Part shown: one piece after another, positions 28,947 to 38,800 of the stretch | How positions within the stretch are numbered: the first letter of the stretch is position 1 | Layout of the letters: the number at the start of each line of letters is the position of its first letter | Program-made: the position numbers and the translations under genes | Origin: Acetomicrobium hydrogeniformans | GTDB taxonomy: Bacteria; Synergistota; Synergistia; Synergistales; JAFGMB01 | Direction of reading: 5' to 3' | Length of the DNA: 64,000 nucleotides | NCBI GenBank assembly: GCA_016841745.1 | Contig: JAENYO010000001.1 | Location: 601,463-665,462 of the forward strand | Notes under the pieces: generated by a model | What the model was told of the DNA's origin: nothing | The model's database searches: none | The model's input: only the letters and a program-made list of their open reading frames with translations

Positions 28947-30893
28947 ATGAGAAAAATCACGAATATCCTCTTTCTTGTAATGGTAATAGCTGTTTTACCT
29001 GTCAGTTCCTCTTTTGCTTCTTACGGAGGAGTTGTCCTTGCACTGTCTGGTGGAGGAACAAGAGGTTTTGCCCATGTAGGAGTCCTTAAGGTTCTTGAAG
29101 AGGAAAATATACCTATCGTCGGAATTGTCGGTACCAGCATGGGTTCCATTATAGGCGGCGTTGCCGCCTGCGGTTACTCTGTTTCAGAGGTTCAGGATAT
29201 CGTCATAAACCTGGATCTAAGAAATTTGCTCTACGACAGGTCAAAACCTTCAGATTCTCCCCTTGGCAAAGAAGACCATGAGGAAGTTCAATCTTTTTAC
29301 AGAGTCCTTCTGGACGAGAAAGGGAAAGTTGTGGGACCACTAGGGGGGCTTAGCGGTCTCAAACTTCTCGATAAGCTTAAAGAAATTACATATCCATGCA
29401 GAGATATCAGATATTTCAAAGATCTTCCAATACCTTTTGCAGCGGTAGCTACTGATCTTGTTGAAAAGAAATCCGTTGTTCTTCGCTCAGGGTCCCTCGC
29501 GGAATCTATGCGTGCATCCATGTCAATACCCGGTCTTTTCCAGCCCTGGGAAATAGATGGCAGACTTTTTGTCGATGGAGGTCTTCTTGCAAATATCCCT
29601 GTCACTATTGCCAGAAAAGAATTTCCTGGTTATCCGGTAATAGCTGTAAATATTACAGGAGGAGGAAAGCAACGGGAAGACATACGTTCTGTAGCCGATG
29701 TCATTGACCAGAGTATTAATATTATGACCTCAGCTTCAGAAAATGAAGAAATCGAAAAAGCTGATATGGTCATAAGACCAGATGTGGGAAATCTTCCCAT
29801 ATTGAGTACAGGAAATTTTCAGGATATCTTTAAAAAAGGAGAGGAACAGGCAAGAGAACAAATTGAAGAACTTAGGCTTTTGGCCTCTAATAGTCCTCCA
29901 GCTCCGAAAACCAAAGGCATTATCCTGGCAGTAGAAGAAGCAAAAGAAGAAATAGTTCCCTTCGATTTTAGGACCCATGGCTCCAGAGAGTATACCTATG
30001 ATGTGATCCTTGGAGGATACTACTCCAGTTTCCATTCTCATAACTGGCTATACGGAAATGTCCTGATGAGAAACATTTGGGAGAAAGACGATGTCCTTGT
30101 AGCTCAGTCTATTCTCGGAAAAGAGTGGGGTTTAAAATTCAGATACCTTGATGCCGGAAACGAAAAGTCACGCCGAACTGATATTGCCCTTGCTTTTCGG
30201 CATAGAAAGTTCGAACCTAGGAATAGTTCTGATACCGCATGGAACAGGTTTTCGATATATGCGGCAGAAAGGTTTTCAAAGGGACCCTTCAGAATGGGCA
30301 TAGGAATAACCGGGGAATATTACGATTATGACGGAGGAAGCGATTCTCACGTAGGACCACAGGCTTTTATTCTATATAACTCCCTGGACGACTCCCTGGA
30401 CCCGACCAGTGGAACATCTCTCCGGGCTGATGTTTTCTGGAGAGATGCAGATACTCTTCTTGCAAAACTCAAGTTTCAGAATGTTCATAGCTTAGGTAAT
30501 TCAAAAATTAGATTAATCCTTAAAGGTGGGTTTTTCGCTGGAGATATGGATAACCCTTACAGCAGAGCCTATCTTGGAGGACAGGAAGAATTATATTCTC
30601 TGGCAGAACATCCACTTGTCGGAGAAAATTCGGCATGGTGGAGAGTAATTTTAAGAAAAGCTCTTCTCGATAGCTGGTGGGGATCTGTTAATGCTGAACT
30701 TTTCTATGGGAGAGGTTATCTTCTTGACGACTCTTTCGAATCTCTGGAGGAACCATGGGAAACCGGATTAGCGCTGTTCATTCCGGGAAGCGTCCTGAAT
30801 GCAAGGGTAATGGCTCTATATGACCAGGAAGAGGATTGGCAATTCGGGATTAGTCTGGGACTCCCCTTGTGGGATGGAGGGGTCTACCCCTGA
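28947..30893 (+). CDS. patatin-like phospholipase with a signal peptide and a beta-rich C-terminal ~300-aa domain (possibly a PlpD-like outer-membrane-anchored lipase)
   Basis: Oxyanion GGGTRGFAHVG, nucleophile GTSMGS (GxSxG), and catalytic Asp in VDGGLLANIP. N-terminal signal MRKITNILFLVMVIAVLPVSSSFA. The C-terminal half has an alternating, aromatic-rich pattern. AGGAG lies 5 nt upstream of the ATG at 28947. Confidence 0.8.
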   Translation: MRKITNILFLVMVIAVLPVSSSFASYGGVVLALSGGGTRGFAHVGVLKVLEEENIPIVGIVGTSMGSIIGGVAACGYSVSEVQDIVINLDLRNLLYDRSKPSDSPLGKEDHEEVQSFYRVLLDEKGKVVGPLGGLSGLKLLDKLKEITYPCRDIRYFKDLPIPFAAVATDLVEKKSVVLRSGSLAESMRASMSIPGLFQPWEIDGRLFVDGGLLANIPVTIARKEFPGYPVIAVNITGGGKQREDIRSVADVIDQSINIMTSASENEEIEKADMVIRPDVGNLPILSTGNFQDIFKKGEEQAREQIEELRLLASNSPPAPKTKGIILAVEEAKEEIVPFDFRTHGSREYTYDVILGGYYSSFHSHNWLYGNVLMRNIWEKDDVLVAQSILGKEWGLKFRYLDAGNEKSRRTDIALAFRHRKFEPRNSSDTAWNRFSIYAAERFSKGPFRMGIGITGEYYDYDGGSDSHVGPQAFILYNSLDDSLDPTSGTSLRADVFWRDADTLLAKLKFQNVHSLGNSKIRLILKGGFFAGDMDNPYSRAYLGGQEELYSLAEHPLVGENSAWWRVILRKALLDSWWGSVNAELFYGRGYLLDDSFESLEEPWETGLALFIPGSVLNARVMALYDQEEDWQFGISLGLPLWDGGVYP

Positions 30894-30905
30894 TAACCTG
30901 TGGGG

Positions 30906-32174
30906 TCATGATTTTTCAAGGCGGATCAATTCATCTGATAATATTTCCAGAACATCTTTGTTATCCTTGATTTTCCCCTTAGCCACTTCCTGAAAAAGAA
31001 TTCTCTGTATAATTCCTATGACTGGACCTTCATCCAGTCCAAATAGATCCCTAATTTCACCTCCTCCAAGAAGGAACCTGCTGCTCTTGAGTTCTTGAAA
31101 AGCATTTTCTATCTTTTTCCTGTTATCTCTGTACCTTTCAGCAGAAATCCTGCCCGTACTTGTAAATATATCAGTCAGATCAAAAAGTTCATCCAGTGTA
31201 TTTTTATCCAGTTGGAAATAAAGTCTGACAATGTTATCGATCCCCATAGTGTTATTAAGCAGAAACAGGTTTCTTACCATGTTCAGAATTCTTCTCTGTC
31301 TTCCAGAAGGCCAGGCCCATGAATAAAGGATATCTCTAGCTTTATCCGGAGAAAGACATTCCAGAACACCTTGAGAGTAGACATAGAATAAAAGAGCTGC
31401 CGCAGCCAGATCCGGACTTTTTTTAAGTCTTTGTAATTCAGAAAGGATCTCCATTACATGACAATAGCGATCCAGATCTTTTTCTGTACATCCCTGGACT
31501 CTTTTACCTTTCATCGCTTCAAGAAAAGGGAAAAATAGACCTGTAAGGGAGTGTTCTTCAACAAGATCGAAAAATGTTGCCGGTCTTCCATCAAGTGCTT
31601 TGAGGACTTCCTTCCCTATTCTCTCGGATGAAACAGCACAGATAGCAGAAGAATAATTTTTCACTGTACATGAATCTTCGGAAAGAATTTTCAGCCCCCT
31701 TGTCGAGGCAAAACGACACATTCTGACAACTCTGACAGGGTCTTCACGGATCCGATCCATAGCAGGCGGGGTAAAACGGAGAAGATCATTCTTCAAGTCA
31801 TTGACTCCACCAAAAAGATCAATCAGTTCTCCTTCAGGATCCATAGCCATGGCATTTATTGTAAAATCCCTTCCAGCCAGGTCTGAAACAATGTCTTCTC
31901 CATGAAGAGTTGAGATCTCAAGTTTCAGACCATGAAAACTGGTATGGCATACAAGATTTCTATCCCTGCCCACACATACAGCATCCGGGAAAAGGGCATT
32001 TATTCCTTCCAGATCCGTTTTGATTACAATATCCCAGTCATAAGGAAGCGTTCCCAGAACAATATCTCTTACCGCCCCTCCGACCAGCCATGCCGATTTT
32101 CCTGAATGCGAGATATTTCTGATCAGATTCAGTACAGCAGCCAGATCATCCATTTCTCCATGTTCCTCGATCAA
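30906..32174 (-). CDS. tRNA nucleotidyltransferase / poly(A) polymerase family protein (probable CCA-adding enzyme)
   Basis: Head-domain motifs WLVGGAVRDIVLG, DWDIV and RDFTINAMA. 422 aa. Confidence 0.8.
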   Translation of the reverse strand: MIEEHGEMDDLAAVLNLIRNISHSGKSAWLVGGAVRDIVLGTLPYDWDIVIKTDLEGINALFPDAVCVGRDRNLVCHTSFHGLKLEISTLHGEDIVSDLAGRDFTINAMAMDPEGELIDLFGGVNDLKNDLLRFTPPAMDRIREDPVRVVRMCRFASTRGLKILSEDSCTVKNYSSAICAVSSERIGKEVLKALDGRPATFFDLVEEHSLTGLFFPFLEAMKGKRVQGCTEKDLDRYCHVMEILSELQRLKKSPDLAAAALLFYVYSQGVLECLSPDKARDILYSWAWPSGRQRRILNMVRNLFLLNNTMGIDNIVRLYFQLDKNTLDELFDLTDIFTSTGRISAERYRDNRKKIENAFQELKSSRFLLGGGEIRDLFGLDEGPVIGIIQRILFQEVAKGKIKDNKDVLEILSDELIRLEKS

Positions 32175-32342
32175 TGTACCATACCTCCAGAAAAGCTGAC
32201 TGTTACTTGTTTTTTAACCTAAGTTGAAGTAATATGATTTTTAGAAGAATAGTATTCTTTTACATATATTAATGCAAGAATCGTCTAGCTGACATATTCC
32301 TTACCCAAACAGTCTACCATCATGGCAAGGAAGGTACTTAAT

Positions 32343-34832
32343 ATGCGAATTCGCGACAGAAATTTCCTCCTTATACTTGCGTTGGTAATTACGACTTTTT
32401 GTATCGTAACAGCTGTTTTGTTCTCTAATTTCAGCGATTCCTTCCAGGATACACGTAACCTCACTTTCGCTGTAATACGTTCATCCCTGCTTCAGAAATT
32501 TGAAAACAAGAGCGACTCTCTGGCAGAAAATTTTGCCAGAGACCTCTCCACATACCTGGCAGAAGGGGACAAAAGCTCCATAAGGGAAAACCTTAAGGCT
32601 GTAAGGAACGATAATGAGACCGTTTATGCATGCCTTTTCGATAACCAGGGAAATATCATCTCCGATGGTTCAGGCAATATTTCCTCCCGGAAAAATATCA
32701 AGGACATCTTCTCCATTGGCGATATAACTACCAGAAACCTGCAATGGGACGAAGACAGAACTCTTCTTTATGCCGTGGCTCCCATAAGACTTGGCGGGGT
32801 ACTTTCCGGCGGTGTCTGCCTTATTCGTTCCAGCCAATTCGTCAATACAGCACTTGAAAGCCTTAATACAGTCCTGGTTTCAACAGACCGGGAAACTTTT
32901 CTTTCAAATCTGAAGTTTCTATTTCTCGTGGCTTCTGTCCTTTTCCTGCTTGTACTCCTTTCCTCCTACGCTGTTGCAAACAGAATAACCAAACCTATGA
33001 ATATCCTTTCTGGACTGATAAAAAAAGTCGGGAAGGGAGAATTTAATATCGATATTCCCTTCGATCAGAGGGATGAGATTGGAGATCTTGCAAGATCCCT
33101 GCAGAATATGGCAATGACGATAAAAGAAACAACCATATCGAGAGACGACCTTCAAAATATCCTGCACAGCATGCACGACGGGGTTATCGTTGTTGATGCC
33201 GAGGGAGTAATAAAGGATGTTAACCAGGCTCTCACCTCTCTTCTGAACTGTCCCGCCGGAAAACTTGTCAATATGCACATAGATAGTGTACTGGCGATGA
33301 TAAACGGGGGTGGCGGTAATAACTGGAAAGATTTTCTCAATAACGAACCACTGCGAGATAGAGAGATATCATTTACTTCTTCCTCAGGTAAGATTGTCCA
33401 TTTTTCCCTGAAAGTTTCACCTCTCAGGGAAGCGGAGAACCTCTCGGAGGGAGCTGTCTTTCTCTTTCATGACATAACGGAGCACCGTTATCTGGAAAAG
33501 CAGCTTCGTTACAATGCCATGCATGACGCACTTACAGGACTTCCGAACAGGACTCTGATGATATCCAAACTTGAAAAGGCGTTGAAAAGATGTCTTCACG
33601 ATAATAACGGCAGTTTCGACGTACTCTTCCTGGACCTGGATCGCTTCAAGAACATAAACGACAACCTCGGTCATGGAACAGGGGACGAAGTACTTAAAGT
33701 CGTAGCCCAGAGACTGGTCAACCTGACCAGACCCTTTGATCTTGTTTCCAGATTCGGTGGAGACGAGTTCGTCATTATCCTTGACAACAAGGGCAAACCA
33801 TCGGCTGCAGAAATTGTCGCAAAGAGGATACTTGAAGGAATATCCAGACCTGTCAATATCGAGGGTAGACAGATATACGTTTCAGGGAGTATTGGTATAG
33901 TTAACAGCAGTAATGGAGGAAAAAGCGCCTCCCAATTTCTGGCTAATGCTGACAGAGCAATGTACGCGGCCAAAGCCAGGGGCAGGGGAAACCATGCTGT
34001 TTATAATGCTTCTCTCATGGAAGGCAAAAACAATATGCTGATCATGGAAACAGAACTCAGGCAGGCCATCGAGGAGAAGCGGATCCATGTATATTTCCAG
34101 CCCGTAATCTCCACAACTGATAACAGGTTTGTCGGATTCGAAGCCCTGGCCCGCTGGCAGAGAAAGGACGGACAGGTGACAATGCCTGGAGAGTTCATTT
34201 CCCTTGCCGAGGAGACAGGACTCATCCTGCCCCTCGGAAAAATCGTCCTGGAAAAAGCACTCTACCAGCTCGCAGAATGGAACAAGGCTTTCCCGAATGA
34301 AGATTTCTTTATGTCCATCAATATGTCCGCTCCCCTCTTCACAGATCACGACATTTATTCAGACATAATTCAGGGAATTGAATCTTCGGGAGTTTCTCCG
34401 TCGAACATTGTCATGGAGATCACAGAGTCCCTTATCATTACAAATCCTTCCGTGGCAGTCGAGATCCTTTCTAAACTTAAGGAGAAGGGTGTCAGAATAG
34501 CCATCGATGATTTTGGTACGGGCTATTCAAGCCTGAGTTTCCTTCACTATTTCCCCTTTGACATCCTGAAAATAGACAGATCCTTCGTATCCAACATGTC
34601 TGAACACTCCAAGAGCCTGAAGATCGTTAAGGGGATATCTGATCTGGCCCATACCCTGGATATGAAGATTGTTGCAGAAGGTGTAGAAACTGCAGAAGAC
34701 CTTCAGACGATAACATCGCTGGGCTGCAATTATTACCAGGGATATTACTGTACACCTCCTCTTTCAGGAGAGGAAATGGCAGCTCTGCTTCGAAACAGGA
34801 CGAGGCTTACCTATCTTAAAAGAGATAGGTAA
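32343..34832 (+). CDS. membrane sensor with HAMP-PAS-GGDEF-EAL domains (c-di-GMP synthase/phosphodiesterase)
   Basis: Two TM segments flank a ~160-aa external region. HAMP (ITKPMNILSGLIKKVGKGEF), PAS (LHSMHDGVIVVDAEG), GGDEF (SRFGGDEFVIIL), EAL (FEALARW, DDFGTGYSSL, KIDRSF, EGVET). The ATG at 32343 has AAGGAAGG 8 nt upstream; the track start at 32322 has no SD. Confidence 0.9.
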   Translation: MRIRDRNFLLILALVITTFCIVTAVLFSNFSDSFQDTRNLTFAVIRSSLLQKFENKSDSLAENFARDLSTYLAEGDKSSIRENLKAVRNDNETVYACLFDNQGNIISDGSGNISSRKNIKDIFSIGDITTRNLQWDEDRTLLYAVAPIRLGGVLSGGVCLIRSSQFVNTALESLNTVLVSTDRETFLSNLKFLFLVASVLFLLVLLSSYAVANRITKPMNILSGLIKKVGKGEFNIDIPFDQRDEIGDLARSLQNMAMTIKETTISRDDLQNILHSMHDGVIVVDAEGVIKDVNQALTSLLNCPAGKLVNMHIDSVLAMINGGGGNNWKDFLNNEPLRDREISFTSSSGKIVHFSLKVSPLREAENLSEGAVFLFHDITEHRYLEKQLRYNAMHDALTGLPNRTLMISKLEKALKRCLHDNNGSFDVLFLDLDRFKNINDNLGHGTGDEVLKVVAQRLVNLTRPFDLVSRFGGDEFVIILDNKGKPSAAEIVAKRILEGISRPVNIEGRQIYVSGSIGIVNSSNGGKSASQFLANADRAMYAAKARGRGNHAVYNASLMEGKNNMLIMETELRQAIEEKRIHVYFQPVISTTDNRFVGFEALARWQRKDGQVTMPGEFISLAEETGLILPLGKIVLEKALYQLAEWNKAFPNEDFFMSINMSAPLFTDHDIYSDIIQGIESSGVSPSNIVMEITESLIITNPSVAVEILSKLKEKGVRIAIDDFGTGYSSLSFLHYFPFDILKIDRSFVSNMSEHSKSLKIVKGISDLAHTLDMKIVAEGVETAEDLQTITSLGCNYYQGYYCTPPLSGEEMAALLRNRTRLTYLKRDR

Positions 34833-34927
34833 GTGATGAGGTTGCAATGCCTAAACTTTCTACTCCATCCATGTTACCAGAGCAGACCCTGAAAATATAT
34901 TCCAGAGGAGTATGATGGGACCAAAAT

Positions 34928-35776
34928 ATGGATCAGTCGTTAAAACATAAAAAATCGACAAGGTCAATTCTGGAGCTCCTCAAGAAGGAAAGGGGCATTG
35001 ATTTTTCAGGATACAGACAGGCCTCCCTTGAGAAGAGAATAAATGGCAGAATCAAAGATCTCGGTTTTGGTAATGACAATGATTATGTGGATTATCTGCA
35101 TTATAATCCGTTAGAAACGGACCTGTTGTTAGACTCTATAATCGTCAATGTAAGCTGTTTTTTCAGAGATCCAGTTGTTTTTGATCATATGGCCAGTGAA
35201 ATCCTTCCAGGCCTTGGTCTGAGAGGGAGTGATGCTGGTTCGGGACACATCAGCATCTGGTCCTGCGGATGTGCTACCGGAGAGGAAGCCTATTCCATGG
35301 CCATCCTTCTGAAAGATCTCCCTCAAAGGGGACTGCCTCCCCTTGCCGGGACTATATTTGCTACTGACATCGACCCGGAAGCCCTCAGGACAGCAGAACA
35401 TGGATGCTATCTTTCCAATCGGCTGAAATACGTTCAATTGGGTCATTTGGAAAGATATTTCAGCAGTTCGGGGGATATGTACTGTATAAAACCGGAGATA
35501 AGGCAAATGGTCAGTTTTTCGATCCATGACGTTCTTTCTTCGGAGAGAAGGATTCCAACTGATTGTGTATTCAGGCATTTTGACATTATTCTATGCAGGA
35601 ATCTGTTGATATATATGTCACCGGAAACTCAGATATCAATGCTGAAAAACTTTGAAAAGTCACTTTCCGTAGGAGGATATCTGGTTCTTGGCGAGACAGA
35701 ATCCCTTCACGGACTTTTTCAGGTGAAATTTGAACAGGTTCTGGGTTCGTACAGAATATACAGAAAGATTTACTAG
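34928..35776 (+). CDS. cheR: CheR-type protein-glutamate O-methyltransferase
   Basis: The N-terminal helical domain (GIDFSGYRQASLEKRI) and the SAM-binding IWSCGCATGEEAYSMAILL, FATDID and ILCRNLLIYM are CheR hallmarks. Confidence 0.85.
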   Translation: MDQSLKHKKSTRSILELLKKERGIDFSGYRQASLEKRINGRIKDLGFGNDNDYVDYLHYNPLETDLLLDSIIVNVSCFFRDPVVFDHMASEILPGLGLRGSDAGSGHISIWSCGCATGEEAYSMAILLKDLPQRGLPPLAGTIFATDIDPEALRTAEHGCYLSNRLKYVQLGHLERYFSSSGDMYCIKPEIRQMVSFSIHDVLSSERRIPTDCVFRHFDIILCRNLLIYMSPETQISMLKNFEKSLSVGGYLVLGETESLHGLFQVKFEQVLGSYRIYRKIY

Positions 35777-35815
35777 TATTCCCAATCCATAAGTTAACCA
35801 TCTAGGGGGAATAAC

Positions 35816-38800
35816 ATGTTCAACCGCATAAGGTTCAAGAGTATAAACAACCTTCTGCTCTTCTGGTTCGTTATCGTATCTTTGCTGCCACTTATAGTAA
35901 TGACCGGATTAACCTATGATCAGAGAATGAGATCTATACGGGTGGATGCTTTCAGCAAACTTGCAGGCGTAAGAGATATGCAGAAAAACCAGCTTGCTAA
36001 CTGGCTGGACCACATTTCACAGCATATGACTTATATAGCTGAGAATATCAATGAGAAAAATGATATGGAGACCCACCTGCTGTTGAAAAACAGGAGAAAC
36101 CTTTCGGAGACAGGGCGGATGGAAGGTATCCTGTCAGACATGGTCTCCCGATCTGATTATTTCAGAGAAATTTATCTTACCGGCCAGGAGGGGACATTTA
36201 TTTCCTCCCATAGGGAAACAGGAACTCTTCCATCCAATCTTATAACCTATACATCAACAGCCATAAAGGGATTTAAAGATATTTTTTCTGACGTCTACAG
36301 AAACCGGGAAGGTAAACTGGTAATGGCCCTGATCCACCCCCTTCGCGAAGAAGGCATGGAACGACCTTATGGCCTGATGACAGGTATCATAGATCTGGAA
36401 ACCACTGTTTTCAACGATCTTCTGAGGAGGCCTGGTCTCGGTAATTCCGGAGAGATACTTATTGTAGATAAAGACGGAACCGTTCTGAATCCCCTTTTGT
36501 GGGCAGATGATGCCCCCCTTAAATTGAAGATAAACAGCCTTTCTGTGCAAAGCGCAGAAAGGGGCTCTACCGGTAATGTCAGGGAAACTGACTATCGAGG
36601 AGAGGAAGTCCTTTCGTCGTATACATTTCTGCCCCGTACCAGATGGGGAATCGTGGCAAAACAGGACCTTATAGAAGTTTACACCCCCATTTATTCAATG
36701 CTACATCTGATTCTTATCATCTTTTCTTTCTCTGTAAGTGGAACATGCGCCCTTGCCATTCTTATTTCCAGGGGTATATCAAAACCAATCGGCAAGATAA
36801 CTGAAATAGCCCGAAGGATAGATAATGGTGAACTTACGGCAAGAAATAACATAGACAGGGCCGATGAACTTGGTATTCTTGGCCGGACCATCAACACCAT
36901 GGCCGATTCACTTTTATCCCTGATAAGGATACAGGATGGAATAACCGGGATAGTCAGCACTGCCGTTACCCATGAAGGAACGGTACAGTTCGCAGATATT
37001 CTCATAAGAAAGCTTGTAGACGTAACAGAATCCGGGATGGGTGCCTTTTATCTTAAAACAGGAGATGGAAAATCCTTCAAAAACATTGCATCCATGGGAA
37101 TGAACCCTGAAACAAGGGATAAACCTATCGCAGCAGAAGATATAGAATACCAGTTCGGAACTTCATTTATGCGGAAGAATATTGCTTTTATAAAGGAAAT
37201 CCCCCAAAGCAGTATCTTCAGGTTCAAAACGGCGGCAGGAGTCGTTCCACCAAGAGAGATAATAAGCATTCCTCTTCTGCTGGACAAGGAAGTCAAGGCT
37301 ATCATAGCCCTTGCCAGTGTATGGCCTTATTCCCAGGAACACAAAAACGTTGTGAATCTATCCTGGAGCAGTATAAACACCTCCTTTTCCAATATAATCA
37401 ATCACGAGAAGACAAACCTTCTGGCCCGTGAACTTTCTCAGAAAAACACAGAACTCAGATCTCAATCCGAAAAACTCAGGGCCCAGTCAAACGAGTTGAG
37501 ATCCCAGTCGGAAGAACTCCTGGAACAGAACATCGAACTGGAATACCAGCGAAAACAGGTTGAGGAGGCAAACAGACTCAAGAGTGAGTTCCTTTCAAAT
37601 ATGAGCCATGAATTGAGGACACCCCTTAATTCGATCCTTGCCCTGTCGAGGGTAATGAAAAGCCAGACTCTTGAGAAACTCACCTCAGATGAGGCTAAAT
37701 ACCTTGAGATAATAGAGAGAAACGGAAGACAGCTCCTGAACCTGATTAACGACATTCTGGATCTCTCCAAGATCGAGGCAGGGAAAGTGGAGATCTCACA
37801 AGAGGTATTCTCGATCCGGATGTGTATCGAGGAGATTTGCGAGAGCATGATACCTCTTGTCGCTGAAAAAGATGTGGACCTTAAGTTGAGCCTGCCCGAA
37901 GATCTTCCAGATATTGAAAGTGATGAGGAAAAGGTTAACAAGATCCTGTTAAATATTATTGGCAATGCTGTAAAGTTCACAAACGAAGGAAGTGTGTCTA
38001 TAAACGCTTTCTCCGAAGAAGATAAGATCTTTATTGAAGTCGAGGATACGGGAGTAGGTATACCTGCGAATGAGCTTCCCTTTGTTTTTGATGAATTCAG
38101 ACAGGCAGACGGGACTTCTTCCAGACAGTTCGAGGGAACTGGGCTAGGCCTTGCCATCTGTAAAAAAACAGCGGATATGCTCGGAGGCCATATACTGGCT
38201 GAAAGTCAAGAAGGTATGGGTTCCAAATTCACCATTGTTTTACCATTAAAATGGCCCGGACAGGGAAAAGTCGTAAGCAGGCTGAGATTCAACCAGAGGA
38301 AATTGAAAAAGATCAATCCCAATAAAGGTAAAAAGATCCTTGTTGTGGATGATGATTTCAAGGCAAGAAGCATCATCTCGGAATATCTTTCACGTGAGGG
38401 TTATGAAGTCGCACATGCTGATTCTGGCGAAAAGGCCCTTAAAATGGCTTACCTCTATCAGCCCTTTGCAATAACTCTCGATCTCATTATGCCCGATATG
38501 GATGGCTGGGAAGTACTTCAAAACCTTAAGGAAGATCCAAGGACAAGAGATATTCCCGTAATAATAATTTCAGTTTCAGATGAAAGAGAAACAGGAGTAG
38601 CCTTGGGAGCGGTAAGTTTTCTGACCAAACCACTTGATGAAAAACGACTCCTCAATGAAATAGACAATATTGGCCACAATAATTCCAGAAAAATAATGAT
38701 AGTCGACGATAGTGATCTGGACCGAAGCAGCATGGCCGAATCCCTTCTTAAAGAAGGCTTCAGCACTTACGCCCTTTCCAATGGAAAAGAATGTCTTTCC

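Noticed and set aside
37462-38157. Long antisense ORFs inside large genes: 37462-38157 (231 aa, inside the kinase), 56316-56999 (227 aa) and 55725-56279 (184 aa) (inside the permease), 26996-27565 (189 aa, inside gyrB), and 9872-10339, 12548-13009 and 20564-21016
   Set aside because: Each lies opposite a gene with unambiguous family motifs. Their translations are Ser/Arg/Pro-rich and low in complexity. None has an SD.
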